A stretch of DNA of 64,000 nt, taken from assembly GCA_964016885.1 (NCBI GenBank), contig OZ024757.1:4588001-4652000 (forward strand). Direction: 5' to 3'. The stretch comes from Eledone cirrhosa (lineage: Eukaryota). Below are positions 60,702 through 64,000 of the stretch, piece by piece. The position numbers and the translations under genes were made by a program. The notes under the pieces were generated by a model that was not told the origin of the DNA, did not search any database, and saw only the letters and a program-made list of their open reading frames with translations. Each line of letters opens with the position of its first letter. Within the stretch, counting starts at the first letter, position 1.

Positions 60702-63700
60702 TATAATACAGATATAATAGTTACTGCTAGGACACTTGTAGATATAACACAGCTATAATACAGTTACTACTAGGACACTTGTAGATATAATACAATTACT
60801 GCTAGGACACTTGTAGATATAATACAGTTACTGCTAGGACACTAATAGATATAAAACAATTACTGCTGGGACACTTGTAGATATAATACAGTTACTGCTG
60901 GGACACTTGTAGATATAATACAGTTACTGCTAGGAGACTTGTAGATATAATACAGATATAATACAATTACTGATAGGACACTTGTAGATATAATACAGTT
61001 ACTGCTAGGACACTTGTAGATATAATACAGTTACTGCTCGGACACTTGTAGATATAATACAGATATAATACAATTACTGATAGGACATTTGTAGGACATA
61101 TTACAGATATAATACAATTACTGCTAGGACACTTGTAGATATAATACAGTTACTGCTAGGAGACTTGTAGATATAATACAGATATAATACAGTTACTGCT
61201 AGGACACTTGTAGATATAGTACAGTTACTGCTAGGACACTTGTAGATATAATACAGATATAATACGATTACTGCTAGGACACTTGTAGATATAATACAGT
61301 TACTGCTAGGACACTTATAGATATAATACAGATACTGCTAGGACACTTGTAAATATAATACAGATATAATACAGTTACTGCTAGGACACTTGTAGATATA
61401 ATACAGTTACTGTTAGGACACTTGCAGATATAATACAGATATAATACAGTTACTGCTAGGACACTTGTAGATATAATACAGATATAATACAATTACTGCT
61501 AGGACACTTGTAGATATAATACAAATATAATACAGTTACTGCTAGAACACTTGCAGATATAATACAGATATAATACAGTTACTGTTAGGACACTTGTAGA
61601 TATAATACAATTACTGGTAGGACACTTGCAGATATAATACAGATATAATACAGTTACTGCTAGGACACTTGTAGATATAATACAATTACTGCTAGGACAC
61701 TTGTAGATATAATACAATTACTGTTAGGACACTTGCAGATAAAATACATATATAATACAGTTACTGCTAGGACACTTGTAGATATAATACAATTACTGCT
61801 AGGACACTTGTAGATATAATACAATTACGTTTAGGACACTTGTAGATATAATACAGATATAATACAGTTACTGTTAGGACACTTGTAGATATAATACAAT
61901 TACTGGTAGGACACTTGCAGATATAATACAGATATAATACAATTACTGCTAGGACACTTGTAGATATAATACAATTACTGCTAGGACACTTGTAGATATA
62001 ATACAATTACTGTTAGGACACTTGCAGATATAATACAGATAAAATACAGTTACTGCTAGGATACTTTTAGATATAATACAGATATAATACAGTTACTGCT
62101 AGGACACTTGTAGATATAATACAGATATAATACAGTTACTGCTAGAACACTTGTAGATATAATACAGATATAATACAGTTACTGCTAGGACACTTGTAGA
62201 TATAATACAGTTACTGCTAGAACACTTGTAGATATAATACAGTTACTGCTAGGACACTTGTAGATATAATACTATTACTGCTAGGACACTTGTAGATATA
62301 ATACATATATAATACAGTTACTGCTAGAACACTTGTAGATATAATACAGTTACTGCTAGGACACTTGTACTTATAATACTGATATAATACAGTTACTGCT
62401 AAGACACTTGTAGATATAATACAGTTACTGCTAGGACACTTGTAGATATAATACAGTTACTGCTAGGACACTTGTAGATATGATACAGATATAATACAAT
62501 TACTGATAGGACACTTGTTGATATAATACAGTTACTGCTAGGACACTTGTAGATATAATACAGTTACTGCTCGGACACTTGTAGATATAATACAGATATA
62601 ATACAATTACTGATAGGACACTTGTAGATATATTACAGATATAATACAATTACTGCTAGGACACTTGTAGATATAATACAGTTACTGCTAGGAGACTTGT
62701 AGATATGATACAGATATAATACAGTTACTGCTAGGACACTTGTAGATATAATACAGATATAATACAATTACTGCTAGGACACTTGTAGATATAATACAGA
62801 TATAATACAGTTACTGCTAGGACACTTGTAGATATAATACAGATATAATACTGTTACTGCTAGGACACTTGTAGATATAATACAATTACTGCTAGGACAC
62901 TTGTAGATATAATACAGTTACTGCTAGGACACTTATAGATATAATACAGATACTGCTAGGACACTTGTAAATATAATACAGATATAATACAGTTACTGCT
63001 AGGATACTTGTAGATATAAAATTACTGCTAGGACACTTGTAGATATAATACAGATATAACACAGTTACTGCTAGGATACTTGTAGACATAATACAGATAT
63101 AATACAATTACTGCTAGGACACTTGTAGATATAATACAGTTACTGCTAGGACACTAATAGATATAATACAATTACTGCTGGGACACTTGTAGATATAATA
63201 CAGTTACTGCTAGGAGACTTGTAGATATAATACAGATATAATACAATTACTGCTAGGACATTGCAGATATAATACAGTTACTGCTAGGACACTTGTAGAT
63301 ATAATACGGTTACTGCTAGGACACTTGTAGATATAATACAGATTTATTACAGTTACTGCTAGGACACTTGTAGATATAATACGGTTACTGCTAGAACACT
63401 TATAGATATAATACAGATATAATACAATTACAGATAGGACACTTGTAGACATAATACAGATATAATAGAGTTACTACTAGGACACTTGTAGACATAATAC
63501 AGATATAATAGAGTTACTACTAGGACACTTGTAGATATAATACAGATATAATACAGTTACTGCTTGGACACTTGTAGATATAATACAGTTACTGCTAGGA
63601 CACTTGTTGATATAATACAGTTATAATACAGTTGCTGCTAGGACATTTGTAGATATAATACATTTACTGCTAGGACACTTGTAATTATAATACAGATATA

Positions 63701-64000
63701 ATAGTTACAGCTAGGACACTTGTAGATATAATACAGCTATAATACAGTTACTACTAGGACACTTGTAGATATAATACAATTACTGCTAGGACACTTGTAG
63801 ATATAATACAGTTACTGCTAGGACACTAATAGATATAAAACAATTACTGCTGGGACACTTGTAGATATAATACAGTTACTGCTGGGACACTTGTAGATAT
63901 AATACAGTTACTGCTAGGAGACTTGTAGATATAATACAGATATAATACAATTACTGATAGGACACTTGTAGATATATTACAGATATAATACAATTACTGC
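60702..64000. repeat. Same satellite array; continues beyond the right edge
   Basis: Same monomer. Variant pattern matches 47163-50461 at an offset of 13,539 bp. Confidence 0.99.

Larger units (their letters stand above)
43598..64000. repeat. 13,539-bp duplication carrying the SINE (43598-50461 repeated at 57137-64000, running off the window)
   Basis: Constant 13,539 offset for the SINE and for ORF pairs 43661/57200, 44969/58508, 45287/58826, 47735/61274, 48228/61767, 49353/62892 and 49671/63210. Confidence 0.93.

Noticed and set aside
5302-63452. Dozens of minus-strand Cys/Tyr/Ile-rich ORFs (YKCPSSNCIISTSVLAVTVLYLYYI repeats, up to 165 aa at 13405-13902)
   Set aside because: This is repeat arithmetic. 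Minus-strand stops (TAG-CAG-TAA) fall in one frame, and alternating 32+43 = 75 bp keeps a 25-codon frame open. ORFs end wherever the alternation breaks, many starts are non-ATG, and there is no unique sequence or sign of codon-level constraint.
1-64000. CRISPR-like array (21-32 bp repeats with variable intervening length)
   Set aside because: There are no unique spacers. The variable part is only 1-3 copies of the same 11-mer, and there is no leader or cas gene.
1-64000. TATAAT (-10/TATA-like) in every monomer with TTGTAG upstream
   Set aside because: It is part of the AT-rich 11-mer. Spacing to TTGTAG is 1, 12 or 23 bp rather than about 17, there are no genes to drive, and the context is eukaryotic.
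1-64000. The 32/43 alternation as an information-bearing code, telomeric repeat or iteron array
   Set aside because: The pattern is explained by slippage plus block duplication. There is no G-rich telomere motif, no rep gene, and no evidence of any reading mechanism in the sequence.

Overview
The whole window is one AT-rich (~30-34% GC) head-to-tail tandem repeat array (satellite/minisatellite DNA), all in one orientation. The monomer is a 21-bp segment GTTACTGCTAGGACACTTGTA followed by 1, 2 or occasionally 3 copies of the 11-mer GATATAATACA, giving 32-, 43- and 54-bp units. These are organised into nested, mostly partial higher-order duplications with offsets of 987, ~1259, 2910, 3225, 3600, 3826, ~4920, 7223 and 13,539 bp. 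The only non-satellite sequence I found is a 187-bp insert, present twice with no differences I could see (46976-47162 and 60515-60701). On the minus strand it has Pol III A and B boxes and is flanked by a perfect 17-bp target-site duplication, which marks it as a tRNA-derived SINE. From memory it resembles the abundant octopus SINEs, so the source is probably an animal, possibly a cephalopod (not verified). Uninterrupted pre-insertion sites survive in paralogous blocks of the same array. All ORFs in the track are artefacts of repeat arithmetic. I see no protein-coding gene, CRISPR array or multi-gene system; the interest lies in the array architecture and the SINE captured in it. Block boundaries were read by eye and are approximate.
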